Sequence record: MW250785
DNA length: 64,000 nucleotides
Direction: 5' to 3' (one strand)
DNA from: Escherichia phage UPEC03
Position 1 is the stretch's first letter. Each line of letters starts with the position of its first letter. A program made the position numbers and the translations under genes. Below the pieces are notes generated by a model. That model was not told the origin of the DNA, made no database searches, and saw only the letters and a list, made by a program, of their open reading frames with translations. Of the stretch, positions 26,017 to 34,514 are shown one piece after another.

Positions 26017-28263
26017 TTAGATTTTGACTTCTTTTTCTTCCAGGACGATTTCACATTCGAATGATGTGGTTTCCCAGACTTTCCAGAAATCGGATGGAAT
26101 ATTATCTTCTTTCGGAAGAATATCTTTTGCAGCGATAGAAACTTTGGTTTCTTCGAAGTCCAGATCCGCGAACCATGCATGGGCTACTACAACACCGTAC
26201 ATTACGCGACTTAAACGGGCATTCAGTTTACGGACTTCCTGAATCGTTGCCTTTGTCTGCTTATCAAGATACTCGACTACCTGATCTTTGTCAAGCGCAT
26301 CCAGTTCAGATTTCACCTGATCGTAAGCCCACAGGATAATCAGGTCGCCGTTGTTCAGTTTCTTCTTACCTTCGTCACGTTTCGCGACGGTAGCCGCTAC
26401 AGCAGGAAGGGAGGAAACACCCTTGACTTTCACGTTCAGTTCTTTCGACATGTAAACATCAGTCGATTCTGTGCGCTCAACCTTCGGAGAGAACCCGTAA
26501 TCACGAATATCCTGTTCAGACAGCCATTCACCCGCTGCATCACCAAAGCGCTGTTTCAGCCCTTCTGCGTTGCGCAGTCCGATCGCGTTGTCACGGAAGA
26601 ACTTCATAACCTTCTGACGGCCTTTCAGGATTTCCAGACGCACGTTATCAGTCACGAACTCTTTACCGCTTAACCCGCGAGTCATGCCACGGTTAACCAG
26701 AGGCAGAGAGGTAAAGTCTACCAGTACCGACATACGGTCATCACCGATTTTTTCCAGCGGCTTGATAGTCAGGCCAGAAGCGCGAAGGTTTTTCAGTGTC
26801 GGAATATCAGTTTCCAGCGGCAGAACTTTCACGTTCACGATACCATCTTTAACGATGGTGAAGTTACGCACCTGCTTAGTTTCGATTTTTTCCGGCAGAC
26901 CGAATTCTTTCTGTTTGCTTTCTGGGATAGTCACATACCCTTCCAGATCCGTGTTGATGGAAATGTTAGGACGGGAACTGTTACCCACCAGATGTTTAAC
27001 CGATACTTTGGTTGTGGTCTGGGTAAATTTCGGTGTCCAGACTTCATGCGCTACCATTTGCGCCGCCAGTGCTTTACGTTCTTCTGGGATTGCAGCGTTT
27101 GCGATCTGTTCGGTCAGTTGATCCAGTGTATCATCTTCTTTCTGTACAGTCTGACGGCCTGTGCGGTTATACGCCCAGTGCTCAGAAGACAGGTCGATCA
27201 CTGTGTCAGTTTGTGCCAGCAGTTCGAGCGCATCAACCAGAGTGAACGCGTTTTCGTCTGGAACCATGTTGTAATCAATACCATCAACGAAACGCTGTGA
27301 TGGATCTACAACAGCCTGTGCAATCAGGTCTTTCGCGTTGGAGTAGTCCTGTTTGGTAAAGCAGTTGTCATACGCCTTGATCAGACGGACATCACCCAGC
27401 TTTTGAAGCACTTTCCATGCCAGATCAGGGTTCATTGTGTGCAGTGCATGATAAAGCACGACATACAGAACTTGCTGTTCGCTGGCGATGTTCGGATCGA
27501 ATCCGTCAACATCATTAATCGCGTTTTCACCCAGCGCCCAGATGTTTTTGATGTGTTCTGGAACTAGCACAACACCGTTTGCAGCGTTCAGGACATACAC
27601 GCACCCTTCGTCCAGGTAGATCGCATGGGTAGCATCAGCAACTTTGACTTCGATACGCGCGGAAGTCTGCGCGGTGATGATTTCGTTAAATGCTGGTTCG
27701 TATGCGTCGAAACCTTCAACGAATTTGTGCAATGCGTTGGTTGCTTCTGCCATTTTTTCCAGCAGAGGACGGTTTACATAATAACCGTATTCCAGGAACG
27801 CGATACTGTTGAAAGTCAGTGGCAGAACCGCACACGCTTTCAGAATATCATCGGTACGCCAGCAGTTATCATAACCATCAGTCAGGAAGATCAGGCTGTT
27901 CAGGTTGCCGTTTTCAGATTGCAGATCGGTAGCGATTTCCGCAGCCAGATTCAACGGCTCAACAAAGCCAGTACAACCCGTAGGTTTCAGGTAACGGTCG
28001 ATAGCCGCGCAGATGTTAGACAGGTCAGAGACATTGCTAACCTTCTCACCACGGAACACCGTGCCGTAATCGCCTTTGCTGGAGAAGTACAGGATCGAAA
28101 CGGTGTCATCCTGTTTAACCAGACTCGCCAGATTTGCTTTCAGGTGTTTACGGATCTTAGGCAGTTCGTTGTACATTGAACCGGATACGTCACACACGAA
28201 AACGTGGTTTGTCGGGGTTGGCTTCGATACAGCGTTTTTGAATTCGATATTTGTGATTGACAT
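26017..28263 (-). CDS. von Willebrand factor A (vWA) domain protein with complete MIDAS motif
   Basis: 748 aa. N-terminal vWA with DVSGSM (DxSxS), TGCTGF (Thr) and IFLTDG (Asp). About 550 aa of unassigned C-terminal sequence. Confidence 0.8.
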   Translation of the reverse strand: MSITNIEFKNAVSKPTPTNHVFVCDVSGSMYNELPKIRKHLKANLASLVKQDDTVSILYFSSKGDYGTVFRGEKVSNVSDLSNICAAIDRYLKPTGCTGFVEPLNLAAEIATDLQSENGNLNSLIFLTDGYDNCWRTDDILKACAVLPLTFNSIAFLEYGYYVNRPLLEKMAEATNALHKFVEGFDAYEPAFNEIITAQTSARIEVKVADATHAIYLDEGCVYVLNAANGVVLVPEHIKNIWALGENAINDVDGFDPNIASEQQVLYVVLYHALHTMNPDLAWKVLQKLGDVRLIKAYDNCFTKQDYSNAKDLIAQAVVDPSQRFVDGIDYNMVPDENAFTLVDALELLAQTDTVIDLSSEHWAYNRTGRQTVQKEDDTLDQLTEQIANAAIPEERKALAAQMVAHEVWTPKFTQTTTKVSVKHLVGNSSRPNISINTDLEGYVTIPESKQKEFGLPEKIETKQVRNFTIVKDGIVNVKVLPLETDIPTLKNLRASGLTIKPLEKIGDDRMSVLVDFTSLPLVNRGMTRGLSGKEFVTDNVRLEILKGRQKVMKFFRDNAIGLRNAEGLKQRFGDAAGEWLSEQDIRDYGFSPKVERTESTDVYMSKELNVKVKGVSSLPAVAATVAKRDEGKKKLNNGDLIILWAYDQVKSELDALDKDQVVEYLDKQTKATIQEVRKLNARLSRVMYGVVVAHAWFADLDFEETKVSIAAKDILPKEDNIPSDFWKVWETTSFECEIVLEEKEVKI

Positions 28264-28599
28264 TTAAATTTTCTCGTATTTGAATTTTTCTAAAATTTCG
28301 TTAACTTTATTGCTTACTGCTTCGACTGTACGATCACACCCGAACTTACGCGCCAGGAGTTCAACGTATTCATCCATCGTAGTGAGTTTGGATTCTGCAA
28401 CGTCAAACGCAAGCGCATACATTACTGGATTCAATACTCGAACGATTTGGAGAGTATACTCGTTCAGTTCAAAACGTTCAAGATATTTTCGCAGAGAAAA
28501 TACATCAAACGGTGCGGGGCGATCCTGGCTAAAGGGGATCGACTCCCCTAATGCATAGCGAGGCATAACAACACAGACTTCGGTTTTTAACTTATCCAT
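28264..28599 (-). CDS. Hypothetical protein (111 aa)
   Basis: TGATG coupling upstream; TAA-ATG abutment with the vWA gene. Confidence 0.6.
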   Translation of the reverse strand: MDKLKTEVCVVMPRYALGESIPFSQDRPAPFDVFSLRKYLERFELNEYTLQIVRVLNPVMYALAFDVAESKLTTMDEYVELLARKFGCDRTVEAVSNKVNEILEKFKYEKI

Positions 28600-29111
28600 C
28601 AGTGATGACTCTTTGATGTGTGTTCAAGGTTACGGAAGATGTTTCCATGTTCCAGTTGAGTTCCGATCGGGCCGCATTCATCGGAGTACGTGAATTCATA
28701 GATAAACACGCCGTCCTGATTGCCATACTTCGTGTTGTACTCTTCATACAACCACATTTTGATCAGAGCGTCTTTCTCTTCTGTGTCCAGATCGTACCAG
28801 TCTCGCCCGTCATACGCAAGCGCAATTTGAGGGTTTGAACGGTAGCGGGTTTCTGCGCTTTCTTCGGTTTCCCAGTCATAGCGTTTATCGTCGTAGAACG
28901 ATTCAAAGCTATTACCCAGATGACCGCCTAAGTCACGGTGAACATGATTGACCACTTCTTCCGCTGTTAACGGAGGATTGTAGTAACCGCAGTTCGGAAC
29001 GCAATCACCCATCATTTCGCGCAGGTTGTCGATATTAGTCGGATCTTTCGGGAACCGGACGATGAAACTACTTGATGAACTGTTGCTCACAAAACCAGAA
29101 CGGATTTTCAT
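28599..29111 (-). CDS. SNSSSSSF-motif protein, paralog A (170 aa)
   Basis: N-terminus MKIRSGFVSNSSSSSFI. Acidic/aromatic C-terminal half. ATGA-coupled. Confidence 0.75.
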   Translation of the reverse strand: MKIRSGFVSNSSSSSFIVRFPKDPTNIDNLREMMGDCVPNCGYYNPPLTAEEVVNHVHRDLGGHLGNSFESFYDDKRYDWETEESAETRYRSNPQIALAYDGRDWYDLDTEEKDALIKMWLYEEYNTKYGNQDGVFIYEFTYSDECGPIGTQLEHGNIFRNLEHTSKSHH

Positions 29112-29341
29112 TTTACATCCTCAAATTGTAAGTTTTCTTTGGTTGCGTTCGCAATGGCTTTTTCGTTGCTCAGTGTTACTATGCGCAGACGTTCTCCAGT
29201 AAAGCCGTCGCATTCAGTGATACTTACCCAGTCAAAAGGTTTAGCCATTTCAATCGCACGTTCCAGCGATACGGTAGAACCGACCAAATCACTAAATGTA
29301 TAGTAATCTTCGCTTAAACTTTCAACAGTATAAATTTTCAC
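29108..29341 (-). CDS. Hypothetical protein (77 aa)
   Basis: Starts MKIYTVESL, similar to MIYTVECL of the ORF at 29577-29849. ATGA coupling. Confidence 0.55.
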   Translation of the reverse strand: MKIYTVESLSEDYYTFSDLVGSTVSLERAIEMAKPFDWVSITECDGFTGERLRIVTLSNEKAIANATKENLQFEDVK

Positions 29342-29580
29342 GATACTTTACCTTTTGTTTCAGATTTCAGGACGATGTTACTGTAAGGATCTTTTGCTAC
29401 CAGTTCCCACAGGTCGCCAGGATGTTCCCCGCTACGGTAGACGGATGAACGGATGATTTCGTTAAACTTGCTCAGGGCTTCGTCTATGTCGTCATACCCG
29501 CATTTGAGAGGCTTACGGTTGCAACGAATGAAGAACATTTCGTTGGTATTCTCCCAGCGTTCGGCGTTTTTAACCTTCAT
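29338..29580 (-). CDS. Hypothetical protein (80 aa)
   Basis: ATGA coupling. Confidence 0.55.
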   Translation of the reverse strand: MKVKNAERWENTNEMFFIRCNRKPLKCGYDDIDEALSKFNEIIRSSVYRSGEHPGDLWELVAKDPYSNIVLKSETKGKVS

Positions 29581-29849
29581 ACCGCCTCCATTTTACCAAT
29601 GACTTCTTCGTATGTCACAGGGTTAGGTTCATAGCCGTTAGCGCCTATTGTATCGCCTACTCTGTTTCCTACTAAAGAAGCAACCGCAACTTTCTTGCCG
29701 TCTTTCCACGCAGTGAAATGCAGATTATCCGCAACATACGGGAAGGTTTCGTGATTGTTCACCGCGTCGATGCAGTCCATAACGGTATCAGACGCGCAGA
29801 TCAGATTACCAGGTTCATAATCAACCAAACATTCAACAGTGTAAATCAT
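29577..29849 (-). CDS. Hypothetical protein (90 aa)
   Basis: SD GAGGAAATTATT upstream. First gene of the coupled array. Confidence 0.55.
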   Translation of the reverse strand: MIYTVECLVDYEPGNLICASDTVMDCIDAVNNHETFPYVADNLHFTAWKDGKKVAVASLVGNRVGDTIGANGYEPNPVTYEEVIGKMEAV

Positions 29850-29864
29850 AATAATTTCCTCACG

Positions 29865-29885
29865 AAAAAGCCCCTTTCGGGGCTT
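29865..29885 (-). terminator. Rho-independent terminator
   Basis: - strand AAGCCCC-GAAA-GGGGCTT followed by TTTTT. Confidence 0.7.
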
Positions 29886-29891
29886 GATTAA

Positions 29892-30170
29892 TCAGTGTCC
29901 GAACACACCACGAATAGACTCTGCGAACGCGTACAGTTCAGGGTTTTTCGCTTTCACTGTTTCGATTTGTTCCAGGATGTAATCTGGTTTGTATTTCGCA
30001 CCGAACCAGCAGTAAGAGAAAGAACGATCCCACATGAACACGTTGTAGTATTCACCGTTACGCACTTCAACCATCACGTAACCTGGATTAGAACCCAGCG
30101 GGTAATCTTTCAGTAGATTAAATTTCGCACCAGCGCCAGTACATCCGTTAAACAGGTCATTAAAAGTCAT
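29892..30170 (-). CDS. Hypothetical protein (92 aa)
   Basis: SD AAAGGAAC upstream. Confidence 0.6.
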   Translation of the reverse strand: MTFNDLFNGCTGAGAKFNLLKDYPLGSNPGYVMVEVRNGEYYNVFMWDRSFSYCWFGAKYKPDYILEQIETVKAKNPELYAFAESIRGVFGH

Positions 30171-30205
30171 GGTATGTTCCTTTTCAGTTTCGTTTCGGTA
30201 AAGCT

Positions 30206-30234
30206 AATGTATCACTATCCTGGTCAGTATGCAA
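30206..30234 (-). promoter_or_regulatory. Sigma70-type early promoter; -35 lies in the last codons of the HNH gene
   Basis: - strand TTGCAT (30234-30229), 17 nt spacer, TACATT (30211-30206), leader ACCGAAACGAAAC. Confidence 0.6.
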
Positions 30235-30760
30235 TGTTTAATTTTGCAAATTTACCAAAATGTTTTATCGCTTCCCGATCGTATGCTTTTGCAGCCTCGT
30301 ATTCGTCACGATAGGAACCGATATGTTTAACCTTGCCGTCAATCTTTATCTGTGCAATGTAACGTATTCCAGTAGGTTGATCACGTACACATACACCCTT
30401 GAATCGACTGGTTGCTACTCTTCGTTTAGTCCGGTTCTGACAGTTTCGGGATTGATCCGCTTCACGCAAGTTATCAATCCCGTCGCCAGCCTCAACACCA
30501 TTTTTATGATCAATCACATCAGGCAGTTTTCCGGTTGCAACGTAGTAGATGATTCGATGACGTAGATATCCTTTGCTTTTGAAATAAACGCGGGTATATC
30601 CTCCTTTAATCTTCGAACCTACTTCCTTTCCGATCAAGTCAGAACGTTTGTGTGACGTTCGTATAATTGTCCCCGTTTGTATATCAACAGAAACAGTTTT
30701 AAGGAATTCGTCAATTCCTTTCTGTTCTTCTTCGATTGTTCTTAGTCCGTTGTGTGACAT
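30224..30760 (-). CDS. Free-standing HNH homing endonuclease with AP2 domain (paralog 2 of 3)
   Basis: 178 aa. IDHKNGVEAGDGIDNLREADQSRNCQN and FKGVC..RYIAQIKIDGKVKHIGSYRDEYEAAKAYDREA. Overlaps the methyltransferase 3' end by 19 nt. Confidence 0.8.
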   Translation of the reverse strand: MSHNGLRTIEEEQKGIDEFLKTVSVDIQTGTIIRTSHKRSDLIGKEVGSKIKGGYTRVYFKSKGYLRHRIIYYVATGKLPDVIDHKNGVEAGDGIDNLREADQSRNCQNRTKRRVATSRFKGVCVRDQPTGIRYIAQIKIDGKVKHIGSYRDEYEAAKAYDREAIKHFGKFAKLNIAY

Positions 30761-31665
30761 AACACCTTCTTGATTTGTTTTGCTATAGCCTCGATTACTG
30801 GTATTGAAACAGAATTACCTGCTTGTTTATACGCTTGCATCTTGCTTTTGTTGATAATAAACGAATCTGGGAAACCCTGCAAACGAAAACACTCACGGGG
30901 AGTAAGTCTTCGGGGGTTCTTTCCTTCCTGCAATACCAGACATTGAACACCATCTTTATAGTAATTTGCAGTGATAGTCCCAGTGTGCGTAGAATCGCTT
31001 GTGACGGCCTGATAACCGAAACCCTTACCGTTTGCCTTATTTCGTTCCTTACGCTCTCTAAAGCCCTTCCATGCGTTATCTGACAGGGTGAACGAATCAT
31101 CAGCATCTTCGAGGATGTCGCCTACGCGTGTAGGGGTACGCGGGGGAACCGGAAACGAAAAGAATACATCATCCAGGAAGCAGACAATAAACACGCGTTC
31201 CCGTCTTTGGGGTAGTCCGAAATCCTTTGTGTTCAGGCGTTGATAGAATACGTTATATCCTTCGGCCTCCAGAAGCCCGTAAATCGTTTTAAACGTCTTC
31301 CCCTTGTCATGGGTTAGCAGTTCAGGCACGTTCTCAAAGAACAACACACGGGGCTTTTTAGCGCGTATAATGCGGAGGATTTCGAAGAACACCGTACCGC
31401 GTACATCATCAAAGCCCAGTTTCAATCCGGCTTTACTGAACGCCTGACACGGGAACCCCGCGAGCAGGATATCATGATCAGGTACTTTGTTTTCATCAAT
31501 GGCGAATAGATCACCCTGTAGGTTATCATCGCCCCAGTTTTCGATATATGTTTGCTGTGCGAACTTGTCGATTTCAGACGTTAAAAGGCATTCGACACCG
31601 CCGAACGCCTTATCAAATCCTAATCGAACCCCGCCCACACCAGCGCAGAGGTCAATTATTTTCAT
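30742..31665 (-). CDS. DNA (cytosine-5)-methyltransferase
   Basis: 307 aa. Motif I DLCAGVGG, IV GFPCQAFS, VI FFENV, VIII QRRERVFIV, X GNSVS. Confidence 0.9.
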   Translation of the reverse strand: MKIIDLCAGVGGVRLGFDKAFGGVECLLTSEIDKFAQQTYIENWGDDNLQGDLFAIDENKVPDHDILLAGFPCQAFSKAGLKLGFDDVRGTVFFEILRIIRAKKPRVLFFENVPELLTHDKGKTFKTIYGLLEAEGYNVFYQRLNTKDFGLPQRRERVFIVCFLDDVFFSFPVPPRTPTRVGDILEDADDSFTLSDNAWKGFRERKERNKANGKGFGYQAVTSDSTHTGTITANYYKDGVQCLVLQEGKNPRRLTPRECFRLQGFPDSFIINKSKMQAYKQAGNSVSIPVIEAIAKQIKKVLCHTTD

Positions 31666-31931
31666 ACGTCAAAATCAATCTCGTCGATTTTGTATGAGTT
31701 TTCGTCAATGTCCGCCCATAGGGTTACATTAACGTGTTTGCTATCTTCGTACAACTGGCGACCATCAATCCCGCCCGTGTAATTGCTTTCGGTACGTTCA
31801 GTAACTTCCAGTCGGAGGCTATCGCGCATGATCTGAACAACAGCCTGTTCCAGTGTAACTGCGTCTGGGTTTTTGGTATCGCCCAGTACAACATCTTTAA
31901 CGTTCAAAATAATATCAGTCATTAGTGCCAC
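31662..31931 (-). CDS. Hypothetical protein (89 aa)
   Basis: ATGA-coupled to the methyltransferase gene. Confidence 0.55.
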   Translation of the reverse strand: MALMTDIILNVKDVVLGDTKNPDAVTLEQAVVQIMRDSLRLEVTERTESNYTGGIDGRQLYEDSKHVNVTLWADIDENSYKIDEIDFDV

Positions 31932-32164
31932 TCCGTTTTAATACCATGTCGGTATGCGTCAATCCCCAGCGGGGTAATCAGCAACCATGCTTTCGAATTA
32001 TCGTGATAGCCCGTTACCCTTCGAGCGTAACCTTTTTGAATCAGGGCATCACGCCCTGATTTGCTGGGTACGTCATCGAAATCTAAGTCTAGCACCTTAG
32101 TTGCATATCCGTAAAGTTTATACAGAACATCAATTTCAGCGCCGGACAATTTAGGATACATCAT
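31922..32164 (-). CDS. Hypothetical protein (80 aa)
   Basis: ATGA coupling upstream. Confidence 0.55.
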   Translation of the reverse strand: MMYPKLSGAEIDVLYKLYGYATKVLDLDFDDVPSKSGRDALIQKGYARRVTGYHDNSKAWLLITPLGIDAYRHGIKTEWH

Positions 32165-33162
32165 TTGTAATACCCCACAACATGATCGCGGTATACGCGT
32201 TCGATGAAATCGTTCCAGAATTCGCGGTCAACTTCTTTCGGATATGTTGAAATCGCTGCAAGCCGTTCGACTTCGCCCATGACTTCTTCCAGCTTTTCCT
32301 GTACGGTTGCGAACGGTACGCCGCCAGCTTTAACCAGTTTCAGGAATGCGCTATCAGGCAGAGGATAAACGATATCACCATCTTTGTAAATCTGGATCAA
32401 CTGCATACCACCGCGCAACGCGTGACTTAAAGCCTTCCAGTCGATGCCGTTGTTGGCTTCTGCTTGTCGTGCGCGTTCTCCGTATTCATCCCAGAGTTTG
32501 TACACTGACTTACGCATTTCATCGGCTTTGATCGTGAACTGGAATTTACGCCCCAGCACTTCATAGAAGTCCTGACAACCAGATTTCATTGTCGTGTCGG
32601 TAACGAATCGGCAGAACTCGTTTGTAGGGAAACGATTCTTGATGTCAGACACTTTCACTTCACGCGTATAGCGTTTCATATCTGGTGTGAATTCCTGAAT
32701 ACCACCGATCGTTTCGGTTTCTTTCAGTACATCGACAACTTCGCGCAGTGCAGCCAGTCGGGAACCTTTCACACCATATTTTGCGGCTTGCTTGCGAACA
32801 TAACCGAACAGGCCAGTTAGTTCAGTGGTGTAAAAACGCCAGCGGTTAGCGCGGATATACTGCCAGATTTCAGAGTTAGCGATCAGCTTGTCATCCGAAG
32901 CGTGAAGCATATCGAGCGCTACGGTATCACCATCACACGCAAGGCTGATAAACTTAGTCAGACTATACAACTGACGATCAACGTCGTCTACGGTGTTTTT
33001 AGAGCTTTTATCGCCCGTGCTGGTGTCGATAGACTTCTTCGCAGTGCCTAACAGGATTTCGCGAGGATGAGGGAGATAGATCCCTTTGTAGTCTTTATCG
33101 CTTGTTGGTGTTTCCAGTCCGTAAAGATGGGATCCAAAAATCATTTCAGTAATCATTTTCAT
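32161..33162 (-). CDS. Pol-beta-superfamily nucleotidyltransferase (RlaP / PF10127-like)
   Basis: 333 aa from ATG 33162. N-terminal GSHLYGLETPTSDKDYKG matches the GS..YG...SD.D nucleotidyltransferase signature. Confidence 0.6.
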   Translation of the reverse strand: MKMITEMIFGSHLYGLETPTSDKDYKGIYLPHPREILLGTAKKSIDTSTGDKSSKNTVDDVDRQLYSLTKFISLACDGDTVALDMLHASDDKLIANSEIWQYIRANRWRFYTTELTGLFGYVRKQAAKYGVKGSRLAALREVVDVLKETETIGGIQEFTPDMKRYTREVKVSDIKNRFPTNEFCRFVTDTTMKSGCQDFYEVLGRKFQFTIKADEMRKSVYKLWDEYGERARQAEANNGIDWKALSHALRGGMQLIQIYKDGDIVYPLPDSAFLKLVKAGGVPFATVQEKLEEVMGEVERLAAISTYPKEVDREFWNDFIERVYRDHVVGYYK

Positions 33163-33920
33163 TATACAAATCTCCAATAAAACCCTTTATGAGTTTTTCT
33201 TTTACCGTTACAGCATGAACTTACATGCCCTTTGTTATACCCCATTTCAACGGCTTCCACAATACCACCATTTAAAATAGTTTCTCTTTCTGTTTTGATA
33301 CATTTCATAATCAAAGGTTTTATCAATTCCGTCTTCTTTTGTGAAATATTAGCTAATGCAATTACATTTCTGATATCAGATTCACTCATTAAATCAGAAA
33401 TCTTCTTTCTTAACCATACATAGCCTTGACTTTTGGCAAGTTTGCCGGAGCAACATTCATGAATATGACTAGGGTTAAATCCACGCAATTTCATTTCTTG
33501 CCGACCGCCTAATATGATAATCTCGTCTCCTGTTTCAAGGTTGAATCCGACAACTGGAATTATTTGCCGTTCCGACATTTTCTTTCTCGCTTCTTTCGTG
33601 AATATTGTAAGAGATTTTAATTTTCTCGCGTCGCTCATTTGCGAAGATGTCGTTTTGTATTTCTTAGTATTATGAGACATACGGAAAAAAGCATATCTCA
33701 TTTTATCACCAGCATACTTAGCAAGTAGATGATGAGCAAGATAATGCTCTTTATATGTTAAATATACTAAATTTTCGGGTTCATCAGTACCACCTAATGA
33801 CTTAGCAACGATATGGTGTATATCATAACCGCGCTTTCTATACTTTTTCGAGTAACCTTTAGGTATATCTCTTCTTTTTGCCAATGTAATTAGTTGGTCG
33901 TAAATACGCTTATAGTTCAT
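33162..33920 (-). CDS. Free-standing HNH homing endonuclease (Mob-like) with repeated C-terminal DNA-binding modules
   Basis: 252 aa from ATG 33920 (SD AGGAG). HHIVAKSLGGTDEPENLVYLTYKEHYLAHH. Two repeats of CC(S/N)GK..K.(Q/H)G(Y/F).W. Paralog of 61728-62396. Confidence 0.8.
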   Translation of the reverse strand: MNYKRIYDQLITLAKRRDIPKGYSKKYRKRGYDIHHIVAKSLGGTDEPENLVYLTYKEHYLAHHLLAKYAGDKMRYAFFRMSHNTKKYKTTSSQMSDARKLKSLTIFTKEARKKMSERQIIPVVGFNLETGDEIIILGGRQEMKLRGFNPSHIHECCSGKLAKSQGYVWLRKKISDLMSESDIRNVIALANISQKKTELIKPLIMKCIKTERETILNGGIVEAVEMGYNKGHVSSCCNGKRKTHKGFYWRFV

Positions 33921-33947
33921 ACACTCTCCTTTAGGCGTATTTATCAC

Positions 33948-33983
33948 TTAAAATCCGAACACGGTTTCCATAATCATTTTCAT
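33948..33983 (-). pseudogene. Duplicated 5' fragment of the RlaP-like gene upstream of the HNH gene
   Basis: - strand ATGAAAATGATTATGGAAACCGTGTTCGGATTTTAA (MKMIMETVFGF*) against the real start ATGAAAATGATTACTGAAATGATTTTTGGATCC (MKMITEMIFGS). The first 13 nt are identical. Confidence 0.55.
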
Positions 33984-34050
33984 CAGAATTCAACCTTTAA
34001 TGTTTTTGCGATCCCGCGCAATTCCGCGGTAGTAATAACAGGGATCATAA

Positions 34051-34323
34051 TCATTTCCTCACAGTTTCAAATTCTTCGTCAGATTTCCAGTACACGTTAA
34101 AGTTACGGCAATCGTGGTCGGAAGTCAACGTATATTTTTCTTTTGTTTTCTCGTCGGTGATCACCATCGTTTCATTCTCGATCGAGTCCACACCATAGAC
34201 GAATACTTTATCACCGCGTTTATTCAGGAACGCTTCACCTGTTTCAACCAACTGCCAGCAGTTGACGGGTAAACCACCCGCACAGATCGGACGGTTTACG
34301 AGGCAGTAAGGACGTTTAATCAT
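34051..34323 (-). CDS. Hypothetical protein (90 aa)
   Basis: ATGA coupling. Confidence 0.55.
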   Translation of the reverse strand: MIKRPYCLVNRPICAGGLPVNCWQLVETGEAFLNKRGDKVFVYGVDSIENETMVITDEKTKEKYTLTSDHDCRNFNVYWKSDEEFETVRK

Positions 34324-34514
34324 TTAAATTCTTCCATTGCATAGGAAGTAAGATCTTTGAAATACCTTGCGGTGTTGCCTTCTGGGTTGTTTGTAATCTC
34401 CATCAGGATAACAGCACCATCAACTCCTGCTTTCTTAGCCATGAATGAAATGGCTTCGGTAGCAATAATCGTTGCTTTCATAACATCAGCTTTAGAAACG
34501 TTGATCGTATTCAT
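34320..34514 (-). CDS. Hypothetical protein (64 aa)
   Basis: SD AAAGGAAG upstream; first ORF after the PeSL. Confidence 0.55.
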   Translation of the reverse strand: MNTINVSKADVMKATIIATEAISFMAKKAGVDGAVILMEITNNPEGNTARYFKDLTSYAMEEFK

